From positions 149,250,051 to 149,314,050 of the forward strand of contig NC_068983.1 of the NCBI RefSeq assembly GCF_001194135.2: a stretch of 64,000 nucleotides of DNA. Direction: 5' to 3'. The stretch comes from Octopus bimaculoides (Eukaryota). The translations under genes and the position numbers were made by a program. The notes beneath the pieces are model-generated. The model saw only the letters and a list, made by a program, of their open reading frames with translations. It was not told where the DNA came from and did no database searches. Positions 47,896 through 60,284 of this stretch are shown one piece after another. Within the stretch, counting starts at the first letter, position 1; every line of letters begins with the position of its first letter.

Positions 47896-49526
47896 TTAAC
47901 TCAAGTTATGGAAATATACAATAAAAGGTGAGAATTGGTAATTTATTAATAGAATTTGATGGTAATATATTTGGGATACAGTAATGTATAGGTTTTTAAG
48001 AATAATAACAGAGGTTATGTTATGCTTTATTTCTATAATAATAATGATAATTATTTCTGCTATATGCACAAGGCCTGAAATTTGAGGGGGAGGGGACTAG
48101 TTGATAACATCGACCCCAGTGTTTCACTGGTACTTAATTTATTGACCCCAAAAGGATGAAGGGCAAAGTCAACCTAGGCAGAATTTGAACTCAGAACGTA
48201 AAGACAGACAAAATACTGCTAAGTATTTTGCCTGGGGCCCTAACAATTCTGCCAGCTCACCAGCATTACAATAATAATACCTCACAAGGCAGCGAATAGC
48301 AGGGAAGCTGCACCAGGTTCCAGTCTGAATTGCCTTGGTTTCTACAGCTGGATGCCCTTTCTTTTGGCAATCACTTTACAGTATGTGCTGGGTATTTCTA
48401 ATGTACCACCAGCGTGAGTGCTTTTACATGGCACCAGCACGAAGTCAGCAAGCTGGCATAAACATTAGCATGCCAGGTGAAATGCTTAGCAGTATTGTGT
48501 CTGTCTTTACGTTCTGAGTTCAAATTCGGCACCTGTACCAGTAAATCACTAAGAGCACCGTCCGAGTGTGATCGTTGCCAGAGCACCAGCTGTCTGGCTT
48601 CCATGCCGGTGGCATGTAAATAGCACCATTTGAGCATGACCTTTACCAACGTCGCCTTCCTGGCACTTGTGCCAGTGGCACGTGAAAAGACATTCGAGCG
48701 AGTTTGTTGCCAGTACCACTGGACTGGCCCCTGTGCAGGTGGCACATAAAATACACCATTTTGAGCGTGGCTGTTGCCAGTACCTCCTGACTGGCCTTCG
48801 TGCCAGTGGCACGTAAAAGCNNNNNNNNNNNNNNNNNNNNNNNNNNNNNNNNNNNNNNNNNNNNNNNNNNNNNNNNNNNNNNNNNNNNNNNNNNNNNNNN
48901 NNNNNNNNNNNNNNNNNNNNNNNNNNNNNNNNNNNNNNNNNNNNNNNNNNNNNNNNNNNNNNNNNNNNNNNNNNNNNNNNNNNNNNNNNNNNNNNNNNNN
49001 NNNNNNNNNNNNNNNNNNNNNNNNNNNNNNNNNNNNNNNNNNNNNNNNNNNNNNNNNNNNNNNNNNNNNNNNNNNNNNNNNNNNNNNNNNNNNNNNNNNN
49101 NNNNNNNNNNNNNNNNNNNNNNNNNNNNNNNNNNNNNNNNNNNNNNNNNNNNNNNNNNNNNNNNNNNNNNNNNNNNNNNNNNNNNNNNNNNNNNNNNNNN
49201 NNNNNNNNNNNNNNNNNNNNNNNNNNNNNNNNNNNNNNNNNNNNNNNNNNNNNNNNNNNNNNNNNNNNNNNNNNNNNNNNNNNNNNNNNNNNNNNNNNNN
49301 NNNNNNNNNNNNNNNNNNNNNNNNNNNNNNNNNNNNNNNNNNNNNNNNNNNNNNNNNNNNNNNNNNNNNNNNNNNNNNNNNNNNNNNNNNNNNNNNNNNN
49401 NNNNNNNNNNNNNNNNNNNNNNNNNNNNNNNNNNNNNNNNNNNNNNNNNNGTGTCTTCTACTATAGCCTCGGGCCAACCAAAGCCTTGTGAGTGGATTTG
49501 GTAGACAGAGACTGAAAGAAGCCTGT

Positions 49527-49597
<71 letters not shown>

Positions 49598-50169
49598 CTG
49601 TGTGTCTGTGTTTGTCCTCCCTGCTAATATTACTTGACATCCGATGGTGGTGTGTTTACGTCCCCCGTAACTTAGCGGTTCGGCAAAAAAGACCGATAGA
49701 ATAAGTGCTAGGCTCCCAAAGAATAAGTCCTGGGGTCGATTTGCTCGACTAAAGGTGGTGCTCCAGCATGGCCGCAGTCAAATGACTGAAACAAGTAAAA
49801 GAGTAAAGAGAGTATTCATTGTGTCCATCTCTTTTTTTTTAACACTTCTATCTTTTATTCGTTTCAGTCACTGGACTGCAGCTATGTTGTGCCACCACCT
49901 TGTAGGGTTTTATTCACACAAATCAACCCTAATACTTACTTTTTTTCAAGTCTGGCACTTATGCTATCAATTTCTTTTGCTGAATAGCAGGGAAGTTGAA
50001 CCAGGTTCCAGTCTGAATTGCCTTGGTTCCTACAGCTGGATGCCCTTTCTAATTGCAATCACTTCACAGTATGTGCTGAGTATTTCTAATGTGCCAGCAG
50101 CATGAGTGCTTTTACATGGCACCAGCACGAGTGCTTATTATGTGGCACCGACAAAGGACTCTTGCAGGT

Positions 50170-50345
50170 CAATCCTCTTCCCGAGGGAATGTAGCCTTAA
50201 CACTTCTGCTGTGGAGGACGAGTCTTCTTGTGTACAGCAAGGTACCAGGTATCTCAGTATATATGGGAGAATTTACGAAAAAAAAACAACAGACAAAGAC
50301 AGGTGGTGTAAACAACAAATGGATGTATTAGTATAACGCTCGGGA

Positions 50346-50380
<35 letters not shown>

Positions 50381-50929
50381 AATATAAATTTATTTATATA
50401 AATTAGTTTTGTCAGTGTATTNNNNNNNNNNNNNNNNNNNNNNNNNNNNNNNNNNNNNNNNNNNNNNNNNNNNNNNNNNNNNNNNNNNNNNNNNNNNNNN
50501 NNNNNNNNNNNNNNNNNNNNNNNNNNNNNNNNNNNNNNNNNNNNNNNNNNNNNNNNNNNNNNNNNNNNNNNNNNNNNNNNATATCCTGTCCGGGATCGCA
50601 CGAGAAGTTGTTTAGGCGGGCTATTTAAGCTAGTCGTGTGCATACGTGCATATATATGTATGTATACGTCCGTATATGTAAGTATACTGTTTATATACAT
50701 GTATTTGTATTTATGTACTTGAGTATATTTCACTGATGAAGGCAGAGCATTTATGCAAAGCCAGAAATCCAGGATTTGAAATTATCTTATTATTTTTACT
50801 GGTTTATTTGGTCTTCGTCTTCGCTAATCGTGCCTTGCGGATATTTATTGTGGTTTTGGAGTCAGGATTTGACTGCTATTTTTTCAGCGTGGTGGTATCT
50901 CTTGATACCCTGTATTATAATTTTAATTT

Positions 50930-50935
<6 letters not shown>
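50170..50935. mobile_element. Penelope-like (PLE) terminal-repeat segment interrupted by a gap
   Basis: Carries a TATTTAAG motif and a hammerhead-like motif. The assignment rests mainly on the hammerhead association; no RT or GIY-YIG ORF is visible. Confidence 0.4.
50727..50782 (+). ncRNA. Degenerate type I hammerhead ribozyme motif
   Basis: Stem I ATTTCA/TGAAAT, core CTGATGA, stem II GGC...GCC, GAAA, palindromic stem III TCC-A-GGA, AUU cleavage triplet. One non-canonical extra A before GAAA. Confidence 0.55.
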
Positions 50936-50960
<25 letters not shown>

Positions 50961-51849
50961 GACAAGCTTCCACACAGTTTCTGTCAACCAAATTTATTCA
51001 CAAGCCATAGGTCAGCTCGAAGCTTTACTAGAAGACACTTGCCCAAGGTTCCACACAGCTGAACTAAACTTGAAATCATGTGGCTGCAAAGCAAGTTTCT
51101 TAACCACACAGCCATGCCTGGGCCTATGGTCATGCAACTACATAAACGTTACCCTATAAATTTATGCTCGTATAGTGTAAGATTTAGGAGGTAAGGCATT
51201 GTCAACCAATTGCTGCAACACTACATAGCAGTAAGAAAAATAAATGTTAAAGCAGAGATGATGACAATTGTAGTGAACCTATGAACTCATACATAAAATC
51301 AAAGTTAAGTTTATGGAGCTATGAAGAAAAGCTTGGGTTTGGAAACGTTTCTGAAGCACAGGCATGGAAGAAGCCACCTGAAAAATCTCAAGAGATACCC
51401 TTAATCTCAAAACAAGGCTGCTACTTGTTTTCCAACTTTTTTCCTAGACTGAAGAGAGCTTCTGTAGTTTTCATCTCAATATCAGTGCTGTTTTCTAAAG
51501 TGCTTATATCTATCTAGTTTTTTTTTGTGGGGCTTTTTTTCCTTGGATAATGGTTAAATAAATAGTATGTGTATATTATGTGTAACACACAGTTAGTGGA
51601 GAGTGTCAACCACCTTTATAACATCTATATATTGAGTATGATGCTGACAAATGTCAGATGGACAAGTAAATTTGTATATTACATTAATTACCATTGTATT
51701 TTGTTAAACAAAAAGTAAACATATATGTTGACTGTGATTCCATTTTCTGTACTTGGAACATGAGAATTAGTGTTGTGAAGTCTGACACATTGGTCCTCTC
51801 AAAAAAGTTTCCCTAGTGTTCTCTGCATGTCAGCAGAACTTCACTGAGA

Positions 51850-52475
51850 CAAATGAGAAAGTTTAAGTATCTTGGGGCTGTATTCACAAGCGATGGGATG
51901 CCGGAGGCTAAACCAAATGCTAGAATTTCAGGTGCCGGCACAGTAATATGCCAGCCCCAGTATTCAATCCTCAGAAGAGGAGAGATTAATGAAAAAGCCA
52001 AACTCATAACCTTCAGTTCAGTTTTCAAGCATATCGTCACCCATGGTCATGGATGCTGGGTAATAACTGAAAGAGTATGATCGCAAATACAAGCAGCCAA
52101 AGTGGGATTCCTCCAAAGGATCTCTAGAGTAACATTACTCAACAGAGAACATAGCTCAGAGATCAGAGACTTGACCTGGAGAGACTACTTCTCTGCTTTG
52201 AGAGGTCACAACGTCAGTACAACAGGCATATGATTAGGGTGTTGCAGGAAAGACTTACAACACAGATTCTTCAAGCTGAGCCAACCAACAGGAGACCTAG
52301 GAGTAGACCAAGAACAAATGGTTGGATAATATTGATCGTCTCAGTTTGGAATGCAGCCAGAAAGTCTAATGACTGTTGCTTCTGATAGGATCCTAAGAGA
52401 AGGTGTCTGAAGACTCTACCCCTACGAGCCTCTCAGGAACAGTGGTTCAGAGAAGATGGATGGATGGATGGATCA
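51850..52475 (+). mobile_element. Degenerate RTE-clade LINE 3' fragment with (GATG)n tail
   Basis: KFKYLGAVFTSDG, KAKL..F.SVFKHIVTHGHGCWVITER, IQAAKVGFLQRISRVTLL, RRPRSRPRT, followed by GATGGATGGATG. Confidence 0.8.
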
Positions 52476-53004
52476 GGTTATAAGACAAAGTGTAACAAAC
52501 AAAACCTTTCAATAACATTGTGTCGATCCAGCAACATCATTGTTATAGCTATAATATTTATACAACACCAAGATTTAGTCACTATCACGTCACATTTAAA
52601 GTGGTTTCCAAAGTGATGAAAAAAAAAAAGCACCAAACCAGACTTGAAACAAGAAATTAAGGAAACTAATACCAAAAATACTGACATAAATAAAATTATC
52701 ACCATAACTGGTTTTATTGTCCATTTCCCCATGAGTTGACAAGACTTCCAATATAGCAATCCTCTCCATAACTCCAGCTCTAACCTTCCTCCTCCCCCAA
52801 CCCACACATGCACTATAGGCCTATTCTGTCAACACTTTTAACAGCTACTTTGAATTACATTATAATACACAAAACTGACATAGAAGCCATGATAAAAATA
52901 AGAAGAAAAATCTGAAAGTTAGGAAAACATAAAGAGGTAACTTAAAAATACATTATAGTTATATTTTCAAATGCACACACATATGTACACATGTATACAC
53001 AGAA

Positions 53005-53043
<39 letters not shown>

Positions 53044-53542
53044 CAAACATAAGCACATGCACACGTACAACAACACACACATATGTATGTATGTACGTAT
53101 TTATGTATGGACATAAGCACACATGCACACACACACACACACACACACACTAACATAGACCAACACAATTACCCAGTTCAAACTTTACCATAGCCTATTT
53201 TTACAGTTGCCAGCATACGAAAGTCCACTTCTACTTTACAAGAAAAGGTCGGCCATAAAGTATGCAATACAAAACAGCACTCCAACTAAAATCCATCTCC
53301 CTGTGCTAACATGGAAATTCAGTGATGTTATACAGCATGGTTTTACAAGCAACCATACAATTAATTTATTAGTAATGGTGGAAAAGGATTTTTAATTTTA
53401 TTTGAAAATTTAAAGAAAAATAAGAAAACAAAAAGGATCTAATAAAAAAAATAAATGGGTAAGGAAACTAATATACAGAAAATCTTACTGAGAAATTTAT
53501 TATTAACAGCACTGGTAAAAAAAATTATTATTGTTGTTGCTA

Positions 53543-53928
53543 AGGCAGAGAACTGACAGACAAAATGCTTAGCAGCATTTTACCTATGTTTTGGTTCTGA
53601 GTTCAAATTCTGCAGAAGTTGACTTGCTTTTATCCCTTTGAGATCGATAAAATAAGTACTGAGTACTGGGATAGATGTAACTGAGTAGCCCCTTTGCCCA
53701 AAATTTTAAGCAGTATGAAGTAGAATTTTTATTATCAAGGTAATGAGCTTGCAAACCATTAGAGCACCAGGCAAAATGCTCACCAACATTTCTACTGGCT
53801 CTTTACTTTCTGAGTTCAAATTCCACTAAAATCGATTTTGCCCTTCATTTTTTTCAGGGTCGAAAAATACGTTGTCCCTTTAACCCCAAAATTTCTGGCT
53901 TTTTGATGTAAGCGCTTATCATCATCAC

Positions 53929-53967
<39 letters not shown>

Positions 53968-54950
53968 GAATCATCAGCACACCAAGCAAAATGTTGGGCT
54001 GCATTTTGTCCATCTTCATGTTGTGGGTCCACATGCAACTGAAGTCGACTTTGCTTTTCATCCTTTCAGGGTCAAAAAAATAAGTACCAGTAGAATACTG
54101 GAGTTGATGTAATCAACTAGCCCCTCCTTATGAAATTCTTGGACTCATGCCTGTAGAAGAAATATCAACTATGAAATTTCAGGACTTGTGCCTAAAGGAG
54201 AGGGAGATTGGCAAGCTGGCAGAATCATTAGCACACCAGGTAAAACACTTTGTAACATTTACATCTGTCTTGATGTCCCAAGTTCTAATTCCACTGAGGT
54301 CAACTTTGCCTTTCATCCTTTCATTAGTACCAGTCAAGCACTGGGATCAATGTTATTGACCTACCCACTCCCCTGAAATTGCTGGCCTTGAACCAAAAAT
54401 TTAAAATCATCATCATCACTATTTCTATTATTATTATTATTATTATCATTATCATTAAGGCAGCGAGCTGGCAGAATCATTAACACACCAGATGAAATGC
54501 TTAGTGGCATTTCATCTGTCTTTACGTTCCGAGTTCAAATTCTGCTCAGGTTGATTTTACCTTTCATCCTTTCAGGGTTGATAAATTAAGTACCAGTGTA
54601 ACACTGAGATCAATGTAATTGACTAGTTCTGTTCCCAAATTTCAGGCCTTGTGCTTTTAGTAGAAAGGATTATTATTATCAATATTATAACAAAGGTAGC
54701 AAGCTAGCAAAATTGTTAGCACATCAGACAAAATGCTGAGCAGAATTTCATCCAGATCTTTATGTTCTGAGTTCAAATGCCACTGAGGTCTACTTTGCCC
54801 TTCATCCTTTCGGGGTCAGTAAAATAAAGTACCAGTCACATACTGGAGTCGATGTAACTGACTAAACCACCCACCCCAAGTTTCAGGCCTTCTGCCTACA
54901 TTAGAAACAATTATTATTATTACCATTATTATTATTATCATCATCATCAC
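53543..54950 (+). repeat. Head-to-tail train of six diverged family C SINEs separated by (ATT/ATC)n tails
   Basis: Heads start near 53543, 53738, 53967, 54212, 54457 and 54693, each with the B-box/core sequence. Confidence 0.85.
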
Positions 54951-55705
54951 TGAAAATTACTATTAATAACACCAATATATCATTGATTGTTGGGTGAGGG
55001 GCTTTGCCTTTTGTATGTACAATATGCCTAGCAATAACATTTATTAATTTCCTCCATGTCATACATTAACTTTATTTGGAATATTATATAATAAAATGTT
55101 GCAAGAGAAAGAGGGNNNNNNNNNNNNNNNNNNNNNNNNNNNNNNNNNNNNNNNNNNNNNNNNNNNNNNNNNNNNNNNNNNNNNNNNNNNNNNNNNNNNN
55201 NNNNNNNNNNNNNNNNNNNNNNNNNNNNNNNNNNNNNNNNNNNNNNNNNNNNNNNNNNNNNNNNNNNNNNNNNNNNNNNNNNNNNNNNNNNNNNNNNNNN
55301 NNNNNNNNNNNNNNNNNNNNNNNNNNNNNNNNNNNNNNNNNNNNNNNNNNNNNNNNNNNNNNNNNNNNNNNNNNNNNNNNNNNNNNNNNNNNNNNNNNNN
55401 NNNNNNNNNNNNNNNNNNNNNNNNNNNNNNNNNNNNNNNNNNNNNNNNNNNNNNNNNNNNNNNNNNNNNNNNNNNNNNNNNNNNNNNNNNNNNNNNNNNN
55501 NNNNNNNNNNNNNNNNNNNNNNNNNNNNNNNNNNNNNNNNNNNNNNNNNNNNNNNNNNNNNNNNNNNNNNNNNNNNNNNNNNNNNNNNNNNNNNNNNNNN
55601 NNNNNNNNNNNNNNNNNNNNNNNNNNNNNNNNNNNNNNNNNNNNNNNNNNNNNNNNNNNNNNNNNNNNNNNNNNNNNNNNNNNNNNNNNNNNNNNNNNNN
55701 NNNNN

Positions 55706-55769
<64 letters not shown>

Positions 55770-58700
55770 AAGCATTGGAAGGGAGTTGGGAAAAGTGAAG
55801 CTGAGAGGTGGGAAACGTGACAATAACCTGATCCCTGACTGCTACTAACGCATGTGAACTAACCTTGGCTTCCACTGTCCACCATTCTACCACAGCACTT
55901 TGTTCAAACACTAAAATTACATTCTGCAGAATAATTTTTTTTTTTTTAAATAGTGAAATTGAATGAAGAAACACACCCCAACCCCCACCCCAAAAAAGAA
56001 GGAAGAAAGAAAGAAACAAGAAAGAAAAAGGAGACATCACTTTCTGTTGATAGAGATATATCAACAGAAATAATAACAAGGGAAAATAACTGGGTTTCTG
56101 CTGGCTTCAACGACAAATATTCAGTTGTATAATTATCTGCTCACTGAATTAGCAGGTATGCAGCTGAGTATTCCACACACACATTCTCATCATTTAATGT
56201 CCATGTTCAATACTGGCATGGGGCAGACAGTTTGACAGGATCTGATGAGTCCAAAAACTCCATTGGATTCCAATGTCTGCTAAGGCACAGTTTCTACAGC
56301 TGGATGCCCTTCTTAGCACCAATCACTTTATAGCATGTATGGGGTGTTTTTTAATAAGACCATCAGTACTGAGGCCACTGTTAGCCTGCAAGACTAAAAT
56401 CACCTGCAACTGAGTGTGACTAAAGTAGAGAGAGAGAGGTAGCCTTATGCTATGGGATGAGAGATTAAAGTGAGGGTTGGGTGCAAAACAGAACAGGTTT
56501 CTTACTATGGAGGAGCAATATGGCTACTCAGATTATTGAAGAGGGTCAGAGTGGTTGAGATGGAACTGGAAAGATATAAAGATAGTGGAAGAGGAATCAG
56601 GGCATACCCTCAAGAACAGGAGGTGTGGGTGGGTAGAGGTATCAAGAATGTATGGGAGAGTGAAAAATGGTTAAAGAAATGGAATGGGAGACAGGGGGAT
56701 AATAAGACAGGGAAGAAGGAAGAGTAAGGGAGTTCTGTAGAAATTAAGTAGTATTGGGGGTTACCAATGATACAGGAGTTGAGAAGGTAGGGAATAGAAG
56801 ATGAGTGATAGTGCAAAAAAAGGGGTGTGTGGGGGAGTGAAGAGCTACAGAATTATAATAACTTTTTCTACCATATGCACAAGGCCTCAAATTTGGTGGG
56901 AGGGATAAGTGAATTACATTGACACCAGTGTTCAATTGGTACTTATTTTATTGACCCCTAAAAGGATGAAAAGCAATGTTGACCTTAGTGGAATTTGAAC
57001 TCAGAACATAAAGACAAACAAAATGCTAACCATTCTAACCATTTTATCATTTTTGCCAATAATTTTATCTCCCTTATTTACCACTAATGGTCCATTGAGA
57101 CAATAAATCGAAGTGAGGGATAGAGAAAAAGTTATACAAACTGAAGGAAGAGTCAGGAATGATATACAATAGATATGTAAACATGTAAAAAATATGGCAT
57201 AACTTAAAATATATAGAATTCAAAAAGACCACAAAAAGCAAATCTGGTTACCCATTCACACATGGATGAGAACCCACCTGTTATAGGCATAAGGACAGAG
57301 GGAATTATATTAACTGGTATTTATTTTATCAACACTGAAAAAAAATAATTAAAGGTAAAGTCAGTTCTATTGGGTTTTAAACTCAGAGCAACAAGGCATT
57401 TAGGCATTTTATCTGACACTATTGATTCTGCCAACCCATAACAACAAACATAATTTCTCGTATAAGTAGATGGCGCAAATTTGTAGAATTAAAATCAATT
57501 CTAGTTCTTTATTTATTCTATCAACCCACAATGTAGAGAGAGAAAAAACTCTATACAGTGAAGCATTTAACTTGATGCTTCAGCAATTCTTTCAGCCTTT
57601 AAGGTATTATATAGCCAAATAAATCAATTCCAGGATATTACTGAACTAAGAGATCAGCAAAGGGCCCTATTGAAAACCAACTTAATACCAATTGATAGTG
57701 ACATTATTTTATTGACTGATGACTTGGATGGATATATTAGGTAATATCATGATTTTTACTCCTGAGTTCATGGTGGCAATGGATATGGTTGTAGGAATGA
57801 GGAAGAATCAAGGCTTCTGTAATGCTGTGACACAAATGAACTAACCATCTACAGCATGAATATCACAAATCCAGCCAGCTACCTGATTATCTTCCATACA
57901 AGTAAACATATAAACTAGATAGCTTTTATTCTTCCCAGAAAATATGATAGACAGATGATCATAAATACTAAGGCCTTCCCTGGTGAAGAATCTATCACTC
58001 AGCAGAGGTTACTGACTTTAGAATAAGAGCTACAGGGACGGAGATAAAAGACTTTCTGGAGAGGATGATTGTGGAAAGTGAATGTGGAGAGTGTGTGGGA
58101 CAATCCCACAACAGCATCCAAATGTAACACTCATTGAAGTGGCTAAAGGTATGAAGGTAGGGGAAGCAGCTGGTCCATCAGGTATAATAATAATGAACTT
58201 ATTGTGTACAACACTCAGGTGCACTACAACTCATCTGAAAAAGAAGTAACCAAAACTGCATGAACAGTACATAGAATATGCACAGAAAGTGAACAGTGAA
58301 TAAGTTTTCCAAAAAAAAATGGGGGTTGGGGCATCAGGTGTAATGTTGGTGAATTTCCAGAAGCATGGAAGTTTTGAAGGATGTAGTGTCTCAACAGCTA
58401 ATAACTGATGCGAGTAGTTTGTTGCTGAGATGCTGAAAATATCCCATGAAGTAGGTTGATTATGTGGGTGACTAGCTAGAGCTAGTCACCCATATATCAG
58501 CCAGGTAATACAGGAAGTGTATTACCTGACATATACAGGAAAAACATGTCACCCTGAAGGTACACTCTAACATCTTATTATCACCATGTTTACTTCTCTT
58601 TCTGGTAATACAGCTACCTTCACCCATGTATATTGCAACATATCTGTGAATCTACGCCACAATAGACCTGTTCCTGCTCCTCTTATTATACTTTGGTCTC

Positions 58701-60242
58701 TCAACAACTCACATAAAGCCACCTCCCTGTCTCCAATTCTCTCAGCCAAGGGGCCTTTTTACACTTGCAAGTTACAAAGATACTTCAATAGTGTAGATGA
58801 CACGAAAAAGTACCCAGTACACTCTGCAAAGTGCTTGATGTTAGGAAGAGCATCCTGCTGTAGAACTCATACCAAAAATTGAGACACTAGAGCAAGACAG
58901 GTCTTGCAATCCATTGGATCTTGACAAAGCACCCAATCCAAGCCAGAGTGGAAAGCAGATGAAAAATGATAATGATGGGGGTGTATGAGGGACAGCCATT
59001 CATAAAAGATAAGATGTATGAATGACAGAGAGATAAGATGACTGAAGTGAATGGGAAGATGAGGGAAAGAGGGAAGTGGAAAAGTGGAAAACACACACAT
59101 CCAAACACAAAGAGTTGGACAGAGACTTAGGGTAGAATTTTACAGCTAGATACCCCTCCTATCACCAACTTTTATTTGTTTTATTCAGTTAATGTCTTTT
59201 TTTTTTTTATTCCACAGGTCTTCAAAAGTGTAGAGCTACAGAGGTGTACTAATAATAGAGAATATAAGTATGACGTTATCATTTTGCTCAGACTGCCACT
59301 TGAAAGTAGAGAACATTTACACATACACAAGATAAGTTCCCATACAGTTTTTCTCTTACCAATTTCACTTACAAAGTATTGANNNNNNNNNNNNNNNNNN
59401 NNNNNNNNNNNNNNNNNNNNNNNNNNNNNNNNNNNNNNNNNNNNNNNNNNNNNNNNNNNNNNNNNNNNNNNNNNNNNNNNNNNNNNNNNNNNNNNNNNNN
59501 NNNNNNNNNNNNNNNNNNNNNNNNNNNNNNNNNNNNNNNNNNNNNNNNNNNNNNNNNNNNNNNNNNNNNNNNNNNNNNNNNNNNNNNNNNNNNNNNNNNN
59601 NNNNNNNNNNNNNNNNNNNNNNNNNNNNNNNNNNNNNNNNNNNNNNNNNNNNNNNNNNNNNNNNNNNNNNNNNNNNNNNNNNNNNNNNNNNNNNNNNNNN
59701 NNNNNNNNNNNNNNNNNNNNNNNNNNNNNNNNNNNNNNNNNNNNNNNNNNNNNNNNNNNNNNNNNNNNNNNNNNNNNNNNNNNNNNNNNNNNNNNNNNNN
59801 NNNNNNNNNNNNNNNNNNNNNNNNNNNNNNNNNNNNNNNNNNNNNNNNNNNNNNNNNNNNNNNNNNNNNNNNNNNNNNNNNNNNNNNNNNNNNNNNNNNN
59901 NNNNNNNNNNNNNNNNNNNNNNNNNNNNNNNNNNNNNNNNNNNNNNNNNNNNNNNNNNNNNNNNNNNNNNNNNNNNNNNNNNNNNNNNNNNNNNNNNNNN
60001 NNNNNNNNNNNNNNNNNNNNNNNNNNNNNNNNNNNNNNNNNNNNNNNNNNNNNNNNNNNNNNNNNNNNNNNNNNNNNNNNNNNNNNNNNNNNNNNNNNNN
60101 NNNNNNNNNNNNNNNNNNNNNNNNNNNNNNNNNNNNNNNNNNNNNNNNNNNNNNNNNNNNNNNNNNNNNNNNNNNNNNNNNNNNNNNNNNNNNNNNNNNN
60201 NNNNNNNNNNNNNNNNNNNNNNNNNNNNNNNNNNNNNNNNNN

Positions 60243-60284
<42 letters not shown>

